Source of the DNA: Anaerolineales bacterium
GTDB lineage: Bacteria > Chloroflexota > Anaerolineae > Anaerolineales > UBA4823
Direction: 5' to 3'
Length of the DNA: 51,640 nt
Assembly: GCA_020354045.1 (NCBI GenBank)
Contig: CP070639.1
Coordinates: 2,533,738-2,585,377, forward strand
The notes under the pieces were generated by a model, which had not been told where the DNA came from, did no database searches, and worked only from the letters and a program-made list of their open reading frames with translations. The position numbers were made by a program, and so were the translations under genes. Shown here piece by piece: positions 30,258-40,358 of this stretch; positions within the stretch are counted from its first letter, which is position 1, and the number at the start of each line of letters is the position of its first letter.

Positions 30258-31313
30258 TTATCCTTTTAGGAATTCCTCCAAGGCTTCTTTGCTGATCCGG
30301 TAAGCATTCCCTAACTTACGAGCTTTCAATTCACCCGCGGTTATTGCAGCTACCACATCTTCTTCTGAAACCTTTAAGAAACTAGCAGCTTCAGCTGGAG
30401 TCATCACATCTGGCATGCCACCAGATGGAGGTGTCCCTTGAGGAGTGGTTTTTTCACCTCCTGTCCCAGTCATACCTTGCAAAGACTGACTGATGACACT
30501 GCCAACGCCCATGCCTGCACCTATGCCGGCAGTTAGACCTGCGCCACCACTAGGATTTTGTGCAGCATCGCGCAAGGCATCAGCAGCTTGAAGCTGTGTA
30601 TAGGTTTGCATGTCTAACATACCCATGGCCCGCAATTCTTCTGCAGATTTGGTAGAGGGTTTTAGGTTCTCAATGTAAAAGGACTTTAGTGTCAGCCCGA
30701 GCGCTTCAAAGTCATCCTGGCCTTTTGCACGAACACCCGCACCTAGCTCCTCAGTCAGACCAATTAATTCTGGAACAGCATGAGTTCCAGCTGTCTCGCC
30801 AAGTAGGTCCGAGAGTTTGGATAGCAGCATGGAACGCAAGCGGTTTTCGATATCACTGGTTCTGAAAATGCCTTGTGCGCCAACAATTTGTGTGACGAAT
30901 TGTTGGGCATCTTTCACTTGAAAGCTATAACTTCCAAATCCTTGTAAGAGTGCCACGCCGAGTCCCATGTTAGGATTCCGGACAATGATAGGCTGGGGTG
31001 TTCCCCATTTCCGGTCAGCAAATTCACGCATGGAGACAAAATACACCTCTGCAGGAAAGGGTGTTCTCTCATTGAATAAAGCTTTACCGATTTTATCGAT
31101 CAATAATGGGATGTTATAGGTGACAATGGTATGTCTCCCTGGAGCAAAAACATCTAGAGCATTACCGTCTCGGAAAAATACTGCAGCCTGGGATTCCCGC
31201 ACAATGACCTGTGAGCCAATTCGAAAGTTACCGGGTCCGCTCTCAGGGAAACGGTGGACAATTTCTTCACGCATCTCATTTGGATACTCGACAACATCAA
31301 ATATTCTAGCCAT
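30258..31313 (-). CDS. SPFH/Band-7 domain protein (Band_7_1, YdjI-like) fused to a C-terminal excisionase-type helix-turn-helix
   Basis: The N-terminal ~260 aa match the Band_7_1 pattern as I remember it (IVHRFPE..., SQVIVRESQAAVFFRDGNALDVFAPGRH, EVYFVSMREFADRKWGT, YIENL, TYTQLQAADALRDAAQNP). A Gly/Met-rich linker follows, then MTPAEAASFLKVSEEDVVAAITAGELKARKLGNAYRISKEALEEFL, an HTH_17/excisionase-like motif. Confidence 0.65.
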   Translation of the reverse strand: MARIFDVVEYPNEMREEIVHRFPESGPGNFRIGSQVIVRESQAAVFFRDGNALDVFAPGRHTIVTYNIPLLIDKIGKALFNERTPFPAEVYFVSMREFADRKWGTPQPIIVRNPNMGLGVALLQGFGSYSFQVKDAQQFVTQIVGAQGIFRTSDIENRLRSMLLSKLSDLLGETAGTHAVPELIGLTEELGAGVRAKGQDDFEALGLTLKSFYIENLKPSTKSAEELRAMGMLDMQTYTQLQAADALRDAAQNPSGGAGLTAGIGAGMGVGSVISQSLQGMTGTGGEKTTPQGTPPSGGMPDVMTPAEAASFLKVSEEDVVAAITAGELKARKLGNAYRISKEALEEFLKG

Positions 31314-31379
31314 TACTCATCCTCCTGGGTTCTATATATGCCCTCTTAGGATACATTTTTGGTATGAATCAATATTCAA

Positions 31380-31934
31380 TTAACCTGCTGATCCACCCAG
31401 CACAACCTCTTCACGTTTGTCAAAAACCTCAATACATTCTCTAGATTTGCTAACAAGATTTCTGATGGCAGCTGGCAGTCCATCTGTACCCACCGAAACC
31501 TCAATATTGTCGATAGCATGCCCCACTTCATCAGCCAGATCCAGCATAGCTGAGTCGTATTGGTAAAGTTGAGCGAGCTCCTCTTCATTTATTTTGACGG
31601 CATCAAATAAGCCGGAATATCCACGAGAAGCCCGTCGAATGCGGTCCGCAAATGTTCTCAGCTTGATTGCAGCTGCCTCTAGATCATCTACATGCTGAAT
31701 CTCGCCCTGGCTGATGAAGTCACGCTGAATGGCAGATACTCTTTGCCATTGCTCTTCAAAGCGAGAAGCAACAATTTCACGCAGCATCTTATCAGAATCC
31801 CTGCGGTTCTGGCGCTCAACGTAACCACTAAAGCCTGGAATCTTACTGACAAGTTTTTTAAAAGGGTCCATCTCCGAACCAACCTTACCTTGAATCTGAT
31901 TCATCATGTCATCCATTACATTCTCCTTCCCCAA
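31380..31934 (-). CDS. Hypothetical all-helical protein (184 aa), upstream of and co-directional with the SPFH-HTH gene
   Basis: ORF with charged, helical composition and no recognisable motif; 66-bp gap to the SPFH gene, so an operon is likely. Confidence 0.45.
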   Translation of the reverse strand: MGKENVMDDMMNQIQGKVGSEMDPFKKLVSKIPGFSGYVERQNRRDSDKMLREIVASRFEEQWQRVSAIQRDFISQGEIQHVDDLEAAAIKLRTFADRIRRASRGYSGLFDAVKINEEELAQLYQYDSAMLDLADEVGHAIDNIEVSVGTDGLPAAIRNLVSKSRECIEVFDKREEVVLGGSAG

Positions 31935-32238
31935 TTTTTTTCTGAATTACGCTTAGAAAATTATAGCCTTTGTTAGATTTTCGTGCAATATAATCCAGCA
32001 CATTTGATAGTTTTAGTATCAACACATCTTAAATTAACACAGGAGATTCATTACACATGTCCATGATAAATACCTGGAGGTCTACGGTGGCATCTATTTT
32101 GACATGCTCCAGAAGGTAGGCCTCAAGTTTGGGGTGACATGCTAAATAGATTATAATAATTCGCTGAAAACAATGGTCTTGAAGATCCACTGTGGTGCAC
32201 TAATCCCTGTAACTTTTATGCACTGAAAGTTTATCTAA

Positions 32239-33210
<972 letters not shown>

Positions 33211-33271
33211 GTGCCATCGCGCTCCCATAAGAATCTCCGGGAGTGGGTAATTAGACCGGGATTACCGATTT

Positions 33272-33814
33272 ATGCCCACTCCTACTATTTTAAATAACTC
33301 TTCTGCTACCATGCCAGCTTCAGATCAGGGTTTAAATAGTAAGCGATATACTTGCGTTCCGCGCACATTGACTTTCATCACACGCCAAAACCACGTTTTG
33401 TTGATCAAAGGTGGGTCCGATAAGAAATTGTGGGCGAATCTTTACAATGGTATCGGTGGACATGTTGAGAGGGGAGAAAATATCCGGCTCTCGGCTATAA
33501 GAGAGGTAAATGAAGAAACCGGTCTGGTTGTACAAAACCTGCAATATTGTGGGATGATCAGTGTAGATGTATCCGAAGAAACTGGCGTTTGTATCTTTGT
33601 TTTCAAAGGTGAAAGTTTTGAAGGGGAACCTTTAATGTCTCAGGAAGGTATTTTGGAATGGGTACATTATGATGAGATGTACAAACTTCCTCTGGTAGAA
33701 GATTTATACATATTATTGCCGCGCGTATTGGTGTTCACAACGGGAATGGAACCTTTTTTTGGCCATTTTTCCTATGATCACCACGGACAGCTCGTCATTA
33801 CTTTCGAAGGATAA
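33272..33814 (+). CDS. NUDIX hydrolase
   Basis: Nudix box GIGGHVERGENIRLSAIREVNEETGL. The true start may be the internal ATG at 33311. Confidence 0.75.
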   Translation: MPTPTILNNSSATMPASDQGLNSKRYTCVPRTLTFITRQNHVLLIKGGSDKKLWANLYNGIGGHVERGENIRLSAIREVNEETGLVVQNLQYCGMISVDVSEETGVCIFVFKGESFEGEPLMSQEGILEWVHYDEMYKLPLVEDLYILLPRVLVFTTGMEPFFGHFSYDHHGQLVITFEG

Positions 33815-33963
33815 CGAGATAGGAAGCATCTCCTAAACCCTGGCTATTTTGCGACATTTCCCCTGCTTCTGCGTAGATATTAATGAATTTTAGGATTGGG
33901 AGCTATCGTAGAACCTTTTTAGCCCCCAATTGACCCTAAATACTAATAACAGGAGCAAATTCA

Positions 33964-34188
33964 ATGGCTGAAGAAAAATCAAAAGTCCCCTGGATATTAT
34001 GGCCGTTCTGGGCTATCTGGCGCTTAATCGCCATGATTGTGGGAATGACAGGTCGCTTGGTGGCGGTAATCTTGGGTTTTGTTCTAATGATTGCTGGGGT
34101 AATAATAAGTGTGACTGTTATTGGAATGATTATAGGCATTCCCATGATCTTGATTGGTGTGTTACTAGTGATTCGGGGCTTGTTCTAG
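33964..34188 (+). CDS. Small hydrophobic hairpin protein (74 aa, two TM helices)
   Basis: AGGAG 6 nt upstream of the ATG; two long hydrophobic segments (ILWPFWAIWRLIAMIVGM and VILGFVLMIAGVIISVTVIGMIIGIPMILIGVLLVI). Confidence 0.4.
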   Translation: MAEEKSKVPWILWPFWAIWRLIAMIVGMTGRLVAVILGFVLMIAGVIISVTVIGMIIGIPMILIGVLLVIRGLF

Positions 34189-34335
34189 GGTTCTTGCCAT
34201 ATTTGCGTACATATTTTCATATTCGCCCTGGCTTGAACACAGGATACTTTATCCAGGCATTCAAAGATTGAACTGACAATCAAATTTACGCCTGGATAAA
34301 GCATTAGACAATAGTTTAATTTTCAAACTTGAAAA

Positions 34336-35046
34336 TTAAACAGCCTCGGCAGGAAGCATTTCCTGGATTTCATTGACTTTGTCTGTAGATACAGGCTTCC
34401 TTTTGGCGGCTTTCCGTAAAAATTCCTTTAGCTTGTTGATTTTCAAAGTTGGGGCCGCAGGATTGTCTTCATCAGAAATTATGATTTCAGCATTGTCATT
34501 TAGGAATACCAGGACAGTATCAATGGGGGGGACATTGCCATCTGGAAGACGCTCCCCCAAATATTTTTGAATATTACTGACCTCGTTCATCAATTCCAAG
34601 TCAGGGCGACCGAGATTCTCCTGGGCAAATATCCTTAGATAAGACTGGATAATACCACCCCCTTTCATACGCCAGCGACCTTTTGAGTATGAAATTGTTC
34701 CACGTTGGTGACGAGTGAGTATAACCCAAATTCCAGCGGGACCGACGAATAAGTGGGAGGCGGGAGTGATGTAATGATAGATTGAATATTTATTATCGAA
34801 GCCTTTCAATGCCTGGTTAAGCAACTCATCAGGTCTTGGTCGGCGTCCCCAACGATTTGTAAAATAGATCCCAACCTGCGACAATAAAAAACCTACTAAA
34901 AGTGCAGCAAACGAAATGCTGATTAGTTCCTGGCGGGTGAACGAAATAATCAACCCCGAGATCAAGACAAGTAAACCGCTAAAACTTGCGATTTGGGCAA
35001 TGCGTGTATTCCTTCGAATAAGTCTCTCGTTAGTAACAATTTTCAT
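34336..35046 (-). CDS. Membrane-anchored protein, possibly NERD-like (nuclease-related domain)
   Basis: Two N-terminal TM helices; YHYITPASHLFVGPAGIWVILTRHQRGTI resembles the NERD core (DHVVVGPSGVFVIETK) only loosely. Confidence 0.35.
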   Translation of the reverse strand: MKIVTNERLIRRNTRIAQIASFSGLLVLISGLIISFTRQELISISFAALLVGFLLSQVGIYFTNRWGRRPRPDELLNQALKGFDNKYSIYHYITPASHLFVGPAGIWVILTRHQRGTISYSKGRWRMKGGGIIQSYLRIFAQENLGRPDLELMNEVSNIQKYLGERLPDGNVPPIDTVLVFLNDNAEIIISDEDNPAAPTLKINKLKEFLRKAAKRKPVSTDKVNEIQEMLPAEAV

Positions 35047-35053
35047 AATTTTA

Positions 35054-36319
35054 TTATTCCTTGAATTTTTTTAAGATCAGACAGGCGTTTTGACCACCAA
35101 GACCGAATGAGTTGGATAAAGCAAAATCAATATTTTGTTTGCGCGCCTGGTTGGGAACATAGTCTAGATCACACTCGGGGTCCGGAAATTCATAATTAAT
35201 TGTTGGAGGGATGATATTGTCTGTAATTGCCAGGGCACATGCGATCGCTTCAAGCGCGCCAGATGCACCCATGGCATGCCCGATCATGGATTTGCACGAG
35301 CTGATAGATACTTTGTAGGCGTGCTCCCTAAATATCATTTTTATTGCTCGCGTTTCAGTGGGATCGTTCAACGGTGTTGAGGTTCCATGTGCATTTATGT
35401 AGTCCACTTGCTCGGGTAGTATACCAGCATCCTCAAGCGCCCAGCGCATTGCTCGTGCAGGACCATTTGCGCCGGGATCGGGCACTGCTACATGGTATCC
35501 ATCGGTTGAGGAGGCATAACCAGCCACCTCGGCATATATTTTTGCGGATCTCATTTTTGCATGTTCCAGGCTCTCCAGGATCAATGCCCCAGCACCCTCA
35601 GAAAAAATAAAACCTTCACGACGAGCATCAAACGGTCGTGAGGCGTCTTCGGGATTGTCATTGTAATTTGTTGGCAGGGCACGCATTGAGGCAAACCCTC
35701 CAATCGCAAAATCACAAATCAACGCTTCCGTTCCTCCTGCAACCACAAGGTCAGCATTTCCACGGCGGATTATCTCGGCAGCTTCCCCGATCGTTTGGGT
35801 GCCTGTTGCGCAGGCTGTTGCGATGGTGTTGTTGCGTCCCAGGCATTGAAATTGGCGAGCAATTAAGAAGGCTGCCAGATTTGGTATTCCCGAAGGTAAA
35901 GTAAAAGGGTTGATTTTGCTAAAACCTTGGGTACGCAGAACACGGATGCCCTCATCTACCCGATCTAAGCCACCAATGGCTGTGCCAAAAACAACACCAG
36001 ATCGTTCAGGCTGTGACATAGTTCCAGGCAGACCGGCATCCTGGACTGCCTGGATCGCGGCCGCCAGTGCAATTTGGGCGGAGCGTGGAATTCGACGTGC
36101 CTCTTTCCTTTCAATATAATCCTCTGCATTAAAATCTGGTATTTCACCCGCGATCTGGCACGGCAAACCTGAAGGGTCAAATTGTGTAATGCGTCTGATT
36201 CCAGACCTGCCCTGGATAAAACCGCTCCACATTAATTCAATCGAGCTGCCCAGAGGGCTGATTGCACCTAAACCTGTAATCACTACTCTGGTGAAATCTT
36301 TTTCGTTTTTGGATATCAT
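35054..36319 (-). CDS. fabF: 3-oxoacyl-ACP synthase II
   Basis: VVITGLGAISPLG and active-site Cys region ATACATGTQTIGEA; ~420 aa, KAS II-like. Confidence 0.9.
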   Translation of the reverse strand: MISKNEKDFTRVVITGLGAISPLGSSIELMWSGFIQGRSGIRRITQFDPSGLPCQIAGEIPDFNAEDYIERKEARRIPRSAQIALAAAIQAVQDAGLPGTMSQPERSGVVFGTAIGGLDRVDEGIRVLRTQGFSKINPFTLPSGIPNLAAFLIARQFQCLGRNNTIATACATGTQTIGEAAEIIRRGNADLVVAGGTEALICDFAIGGFASMRALPTNYNDNPEDASRPFDARREGFIFSEGAGALILESLEHAKMRSAKIYAEVAGYASSTDGYHVAVPDPGANGPARAMRWALEDAGILPEQVDYINAHGTSTPLNDPTETRAIKMIFREHAYKVSISSCKSMIGHAMGASGALEAIACALAITDNIIPPTINYEFPDPECDLDYVPNQARKQNIDFALSNSFGLGGQNACLILKKFKE

Positions 36320-37347
36320 CCTGCGACCTCTGGTTGTGTTGCAGAGAATGAGGCTATGGATAATTTATCTTGGATTGAATTCTGTAATGAAATTAGCAAG
36401 TCGGCCTTGACAGCTTGTCTTGCAACGCGTATGGCATTAAGAATAGCGCGTTCATCCGATCTGCCATGCCCTACAAATACCAGACCATTAATACCCAGGA
36501 GTGGAGCTGCGCCATATTCAGCGGGATCGAGCATCTGTTTTAACTTAGTAAAAGCAGATTTTGATAGCAAAGCACCAATTTTTGTTTGGAGAGAACGGGT
36601 GAGCTCCTGACGCAGTGTATCGGTGATTAGTTTTGCAACTGCTTCACTGGATTTAAGCATGATATTGCCGGTGAACCCATCAGTAACGACAACATCCACA
36701 TGCCCTCCGAATAGCTCCTTTCCTTCAACGTTCCCAATAAAGTTTAAGCCACTGGCTTGGAGTAAGGGGAATGCAGCTTTAACTAAATCATTTCCTTTTC
36801 CAGGCTCTTCACCATTGGAGAGCAGCCCAACTCTAGGTTTTGAGATACTGAGCATTTTTTCTGCATACACCGAACCCATAATGGCAAATTGAAGAAGGTA
36901 TTCTGGTTTACAGTCGGCATTTGCTCCGATGTCGGTAACAACACAATGACCAGTACGAACTGGAAAAAGCTGTGTGAGCGCGGGGCGCTTTACACCACGT
37001 ATCCGTCCCAATCGGAAGAGGGCATTTGCCATGGCACCGCCAGTATTCCCCATAGTGACGAAAACTTGGCCCTCACCAGATTTTATGAGATCCATGCCGA
37101 TAGCCATTGAATTTTGGGCTTTACGTCTAGCGTTTTCTGCCGGTTTATCCGTCATTTCAAGGGTTTCAGGAGCATGGACAACCCTGATAAGACTGGAGCT
37201 ACCAAGTTGATTGATACGGGGCATTATTTGTTCTTCATCACCAACTAATATAACTGGATCACCAAACTGTTTTACCGCTTGAAGTGCGCCCAGAATCTCG
37301 GGTTCTGGTCGTGCATCACTTCCCATGGCATCTACTACAACACACAT
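36316..37347 (-). CDS. plsX: Phosphate acyltransferase
   Basis: MCVVVDAMGSDARPEPEILGA is the PlsX N-terminus; ~343 aa; overlaps fabF by 4 nt. Confidence 0.9.
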   Translation of the reverse strand: MCVVVDAMGSDARPEPEILGALQAVKQFGDPVILVGDEEQIMPRINQLGSSSLIRVVHAPETLEMTDKPAENARRKAQNSMAIGMDLIKSGEGQVFVTMGNTGGAMANALFRLGRIRGVKRPALTQLFPVRTGHCVVTDIGANADCKPEYLLQFAIMGSVYAEKMLSISKPRVGLLSNGEEPGKGNDLVKAAFPLLQASGLNFIGNVEGKELFGGHVDVVVTDGFTGNIMLKSSEAVAKLITDTLRQELTRSLQTKIGALLSKSAFTKLKQMLDPAEYGAAPLLGINGLVFVGHGRSDERAILNAIRVARQAVKADLLISLQNSIQDKLSIASFSATQPEVAG

Positions 37348-37467
37348 CTTCGCTCCTTGTCATCCTCTGATTATCGATTGTTGGTTGGAAAGAAATTCTT
37401 AACAAATTCTCTTCCCAGGCGTTGTGCTTGACATTGAACCAGAGGCGATTATAATACGAGTGTTACT

Positions 37468-37549
37468 GCGCTGGTGCTGGAATTGGCAGACAGGCATGGT
37501 TGAGGGCCATGTGCCGCAAGGCGTGTGGGTTCAACTCCCACCCAGCGCA
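37468..37549 (+). tRNA. tRNA-Leu (anticodon GAG)
   Basis: Hand-folded cloverleaf. Acceptor GCGCTGG/CCAGCGC; anticodon stem CATGG/CCATG with loop TTGAGGG (U33, GAG, G37); long variable arm GCC-GCAA-GGC; T-arm GTGGG-TTCAACT-CCCAC; discriminator A; no encoded CCA. Confidence 0.85.
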
Positions 37550-37561
37550 CTAAAGAACTCG

Positions 37562-37588
37562 CGCGGATTTTATCCATCCGCGTTTTTT
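37562..37588 (+). terminator. Rho-independent terminator after tRNA-Leu
   Basis: CGCGGAT-TTTATCC-ATCCGCG followed by TTTTTT. Confidence 0.6.
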
Positions 37589-37659
37589 CATTTACATATC
37601 CTTATAAGAGAACCTTTCGTGTGGAACCAAATTATCTCTAGTAGCGTCTATCCTGTTGT

Positions 37660-38934
37660 ATGACCAGTCACCCTCCTATTAAGACACAGCCATTAGCTGT
37701 AACTAAAAAAAGGTCCCTACAGGTTTCGCTTATTGGATCGTGCTTAGTGCTTCTGATTCTATCCCTCTCCGTTTTATTAGGCGGTTATAGTGGGTATCTG
37801 TCAGGACGTCAGGAGATTGCGAAAGCTGAGGTATTGGCAGATTTTCAATTATTGCAAGATCAATTTTTCCTTGGCATGAAAGACTACAATGAGGGTAATT
37901 TAGACCTGGCTCGCCAACGATTTGAATTTATCCTGGCACGTGATCCTAATTTTCCCGGTGCTACTGATAGATTAGTGGAAATATTACGCATTTTATATGC
38001 CACGAGCACACCAACTGCAATTCCTCCGACGGCAACGCTTACACCGACACATGATACGCGCCCTGTTGAAGATCTCTTTGTTGCAGCCGTAAATTATTAC
38101 AACGCTAGTGAGTGGAACCTCGCAGTTGATACCCTTATTGCACTGCGCAAGGAAAATCCTGCATATCGGGTTATTGAAGTGGATAGTTTGCTTTTTAGGA
38201 TACTTCGGAACAGGGGCATTCAAAAAATTCAAGCGGAGAGTAACCTTGAAGGAGGGATATATGATCTTGCCCTGGCTGAACGGTTTGGACCCATTGATGA
38301 CGAGGCGATGAAATGGAGAAATCTGGCAAGATTGTATATGATTGGGCTAAGTTTCTGGGAAGTCTACCCTGAGCAGGCAGTATACTATTTTGGACAGCTT
38401 GCATTGGCTGCTCCATATTTGCGAGACGCATCTGGATGGAGTGCCTCAGGGAGGTATCGCGCAGCGTTAGTTCAATATGCTGATCACTTAGCTAGATTGG
38501 GTGATTGGTGTCAGGCCGAAGCCCAATACCAAAATGCATTGTCCCTTGGCGCTGACGAGAGGTTGCAAGCAACCGTGGTCAATGCCCAAATACAATGTGC
38601 GCCTCCTACAAGCACTCCAACAACAACCTCAACTAACACTCTTACTCCAACTATTACCGCAACCACTCCGGCAGGGACCATCATAGTCACAAATACCGGG
38701 ACTTTAACACTTCCGCCAGTATCACAAACACCTACACCAACCATTGGTTTAACTGTACAACCTTCTGAGACTGCTACTCCGAGCTTTTCGCCTTCACCTA
38801 CTTACCAGTCGACTGCCACCCCTACCCCAACGGAAATGTCACCGCCAACATCTACTCTTACTACCAGCCCTCCATCCAGTTCAGCATTTGACAACACTAA
38901 GGTTGTTAATATATTTCAAGGTAATAATCCATAA
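37660..38934 (+). CDS. Membrane-anchored TPR-like protein with a Thr/Pro/Ser-rich C-terminal tail
   Basis: N-terminal TM (LIGSCLVLLILSLSVLLGG); helical repeats with TPR-like composition; the C-terminal ~130 aa are almost entirely T/P/S (TPTTTSTNTLTPTITATTPAGT...). Confidence 0.55.
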   Translation: MTSHPPIKTQPLAVTKKRSLQVSLIGSCLVLLILSLSVLLGGYSGYLSGRQEIAKAEVLADFQLLQDQFFLGMKDYNEGNLDLARQRFEFILARDPNFPGATDRLVEILRILYATSTPTAIPPTATLTPTHDTRPVEDLFVAAVNYYNASEWNLAVDTLIALRKENPAYRVIEVDSLLFRILRNRGIQKIQAESNLEGGIYDLALAERFGPIDDEAMKWRNLARLYMIGLSFWEVYPEQAVYYFGQLALAAPYLRDASGWSASGRYRAALVQYADHLARLGDWCQAEAQYQNALSLGADERLQATVVNAQIQCAPPTSTPTTTSTNTLTPTITATTPAGTIIVTNTGTLTLPPVSQTPTPTIGLTVQPSETATPSFSPSPTYQSTATPTPTEMSPPTSTLTTSPPSSSAFDNTKVVNIFQGNNP

Positions 38935-40355
38935 TGCCAGTCATAACATTCAAAAAATACAAAAATTTTTTGATAGCATCGGGTGCAATTGTAATCACGA
39001 TTTTTTTATCCTTATTTTTTGGTATTCTTGCACATTTCATAGTTAAAAACCTGACACTTACCAGAGGCTTGGACACTTCACCAACCAGTCCGAATATCGC
39101 AATGAGCCGTTCTACGGAAGAAGCAGGCACTGAAATGAGTGGACTACCACCCGATTTGAACCCATTGGAACCCGTCATTGAACCAATCTTAACCCCTTGG
39201 GATGGGGCTGGTCGTGTGACGGTACTTATCTTAGGGCTTGATTATCGGGATTGGTCATCTGGGACTGATTATTCTCGCAGCGATACGATGATATTAATGA
39301 CGCTCGATCCCCTTACGCGATCTGCAGGAATATTAACCGTCCCGCGTGACATGTGGGTAAATATCCCAGGGTTTAAACATGGCAAGATAAATACCGCTTA
39401 CTATCTTGGAGATGCATATAAGTTACCTGGTGGTGGACCTGGACTGGCAGTGAAGACAGTTGAACAATTCCTTGGCGTCCCTATTAACTATTATGCACAA
39501 ATTGATTTTTCTGCCTTTGTTAGGTTTATCGATGAAATAGGAGGGGTGAAGTTAGATATCCCTGAAGCAATCACTATCGATTTGCTGGGGTCGGGCTCGG
39601 CAACGAAGAAAAAGTTACAAGCTGGAACTCAGGTGTTACCCGGCGAATGGGCGCTTGCCTATGCCAGAGCACGGAATACAAAAGGTGGTGACTTCGATCG
39701 CTCCAAACGTCAAATTCAGGTGATTGGGGCTATTCGAGATCGGGTGCTTAGTCTGGATATGCTACCAATTTTAATAAATAAGGCTGATACGCTATACCAG
39801 CAATTGGCATCTGGAATACATACTAACCTGTCTTTGGATCAGGTCCTCAAACTTGCCTTACTGGCCAGCCAGGTTCCCGACGAGAAAATCATGAAAGGTG
39901 TGATTGATGAGAGTTATATATTATTTGGAAATTCTCCGGATAATCTGGCTATCTTAATCCCCTTAATGGATAAAATCCATGTGCTTAGGGATGAAATTTT
40001 TATTTCCTCGGGGGCTCTCAATCCCATGGCGCCCGGCAATGACCTTGAACGAATGTTAGCTGAACAATCCAAAGTATCAATTCAAAATAAGAGTCGATCC
40101 GAAGGTATTGCTGCACGAACTGCAGATTACCTGGTTGGGCTAGGAGTGAATGTCGTGGAATCAAGCCAAATTGAAGGCGCTACCAGCCTTACAACCTTGA
40201 TCGACCATACTGGCCAACCCTATACAACTCGATACCTTGTTGATCAGCTAGAATTATCTAATTTACGAATTGTTTTTGAATACGACCCTGATAACCGGGT
40301 GGATATAGAGTTAATCCTGGGAGAAGATTGGGTCAGGAGCAATAAGTTACCATAA
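38934..40355 (+). CDS. LytR-CpsA-Psr (LCP) family cell-envelope phosphotransferase with a C-terminal LytR_C-like domain
   Basis: N-terminal TM; LCP core VTVLILGLDYRD...RSDTMILMTLDP...ILTVPRDMWVNIPG...INTAY. The start overlaps the upstream stop (TAATG). Confidence 0.8.
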   Translation: MPVITFKKYKNFLIASGAIVITIFLSLFFGILAHFIVKNLTLTRGLDTSPTSPNIAMSRSTEEAGTEMSGLPPDLNPLEPVIEPILTPWDGAGRVTVLILGLDYRDWSSGTDYSRSDTMILMTLDPLTRSAGILTVPRDMWVNIPGFKHGKINTAYYLGDAYKLPGGGPGLAVKTVEQFLGVPINYYAQIDFSAFVRFIDEIGGVKLDIPEAITIDLLGSGSATKKKLQAGTQVLPGEWALAYARARNTKGGDFDRSKRQIQVIGAIRDRVLSLDMLPILINKADTLYQQLASGIHTNLSLDQVLKLALLASQVPDEKIMKGVIDESYILFGNSPDNLAILIPLMDKIHVLRDEIFISSGALNPMAPGNDLERMLAEQSKVSIQNKSRSEGIAARTADYLVGLGVNVVESSQIEGATSLTTLIDHTGQPYTTRYLVDQLELSNLRIVFEYDPDNRVDIELILGEDWVRSNKLP

Positions 40356-40358
40356 GCA

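Noticed and set aside
35344-37210. Cluster of 70-90-aa ORFs antisense to fabF and plsX
   Set aside because: Same reasoning: antisense to highly conserved genes, with no start context.
37424-37663. 79-aa ORF (MLDIEPEAIII...)
   Set aside because: It overlaps the hand-folded tRNA-Leu(GAG) and its terminator; this is a spurious ORF across an RNA gene.
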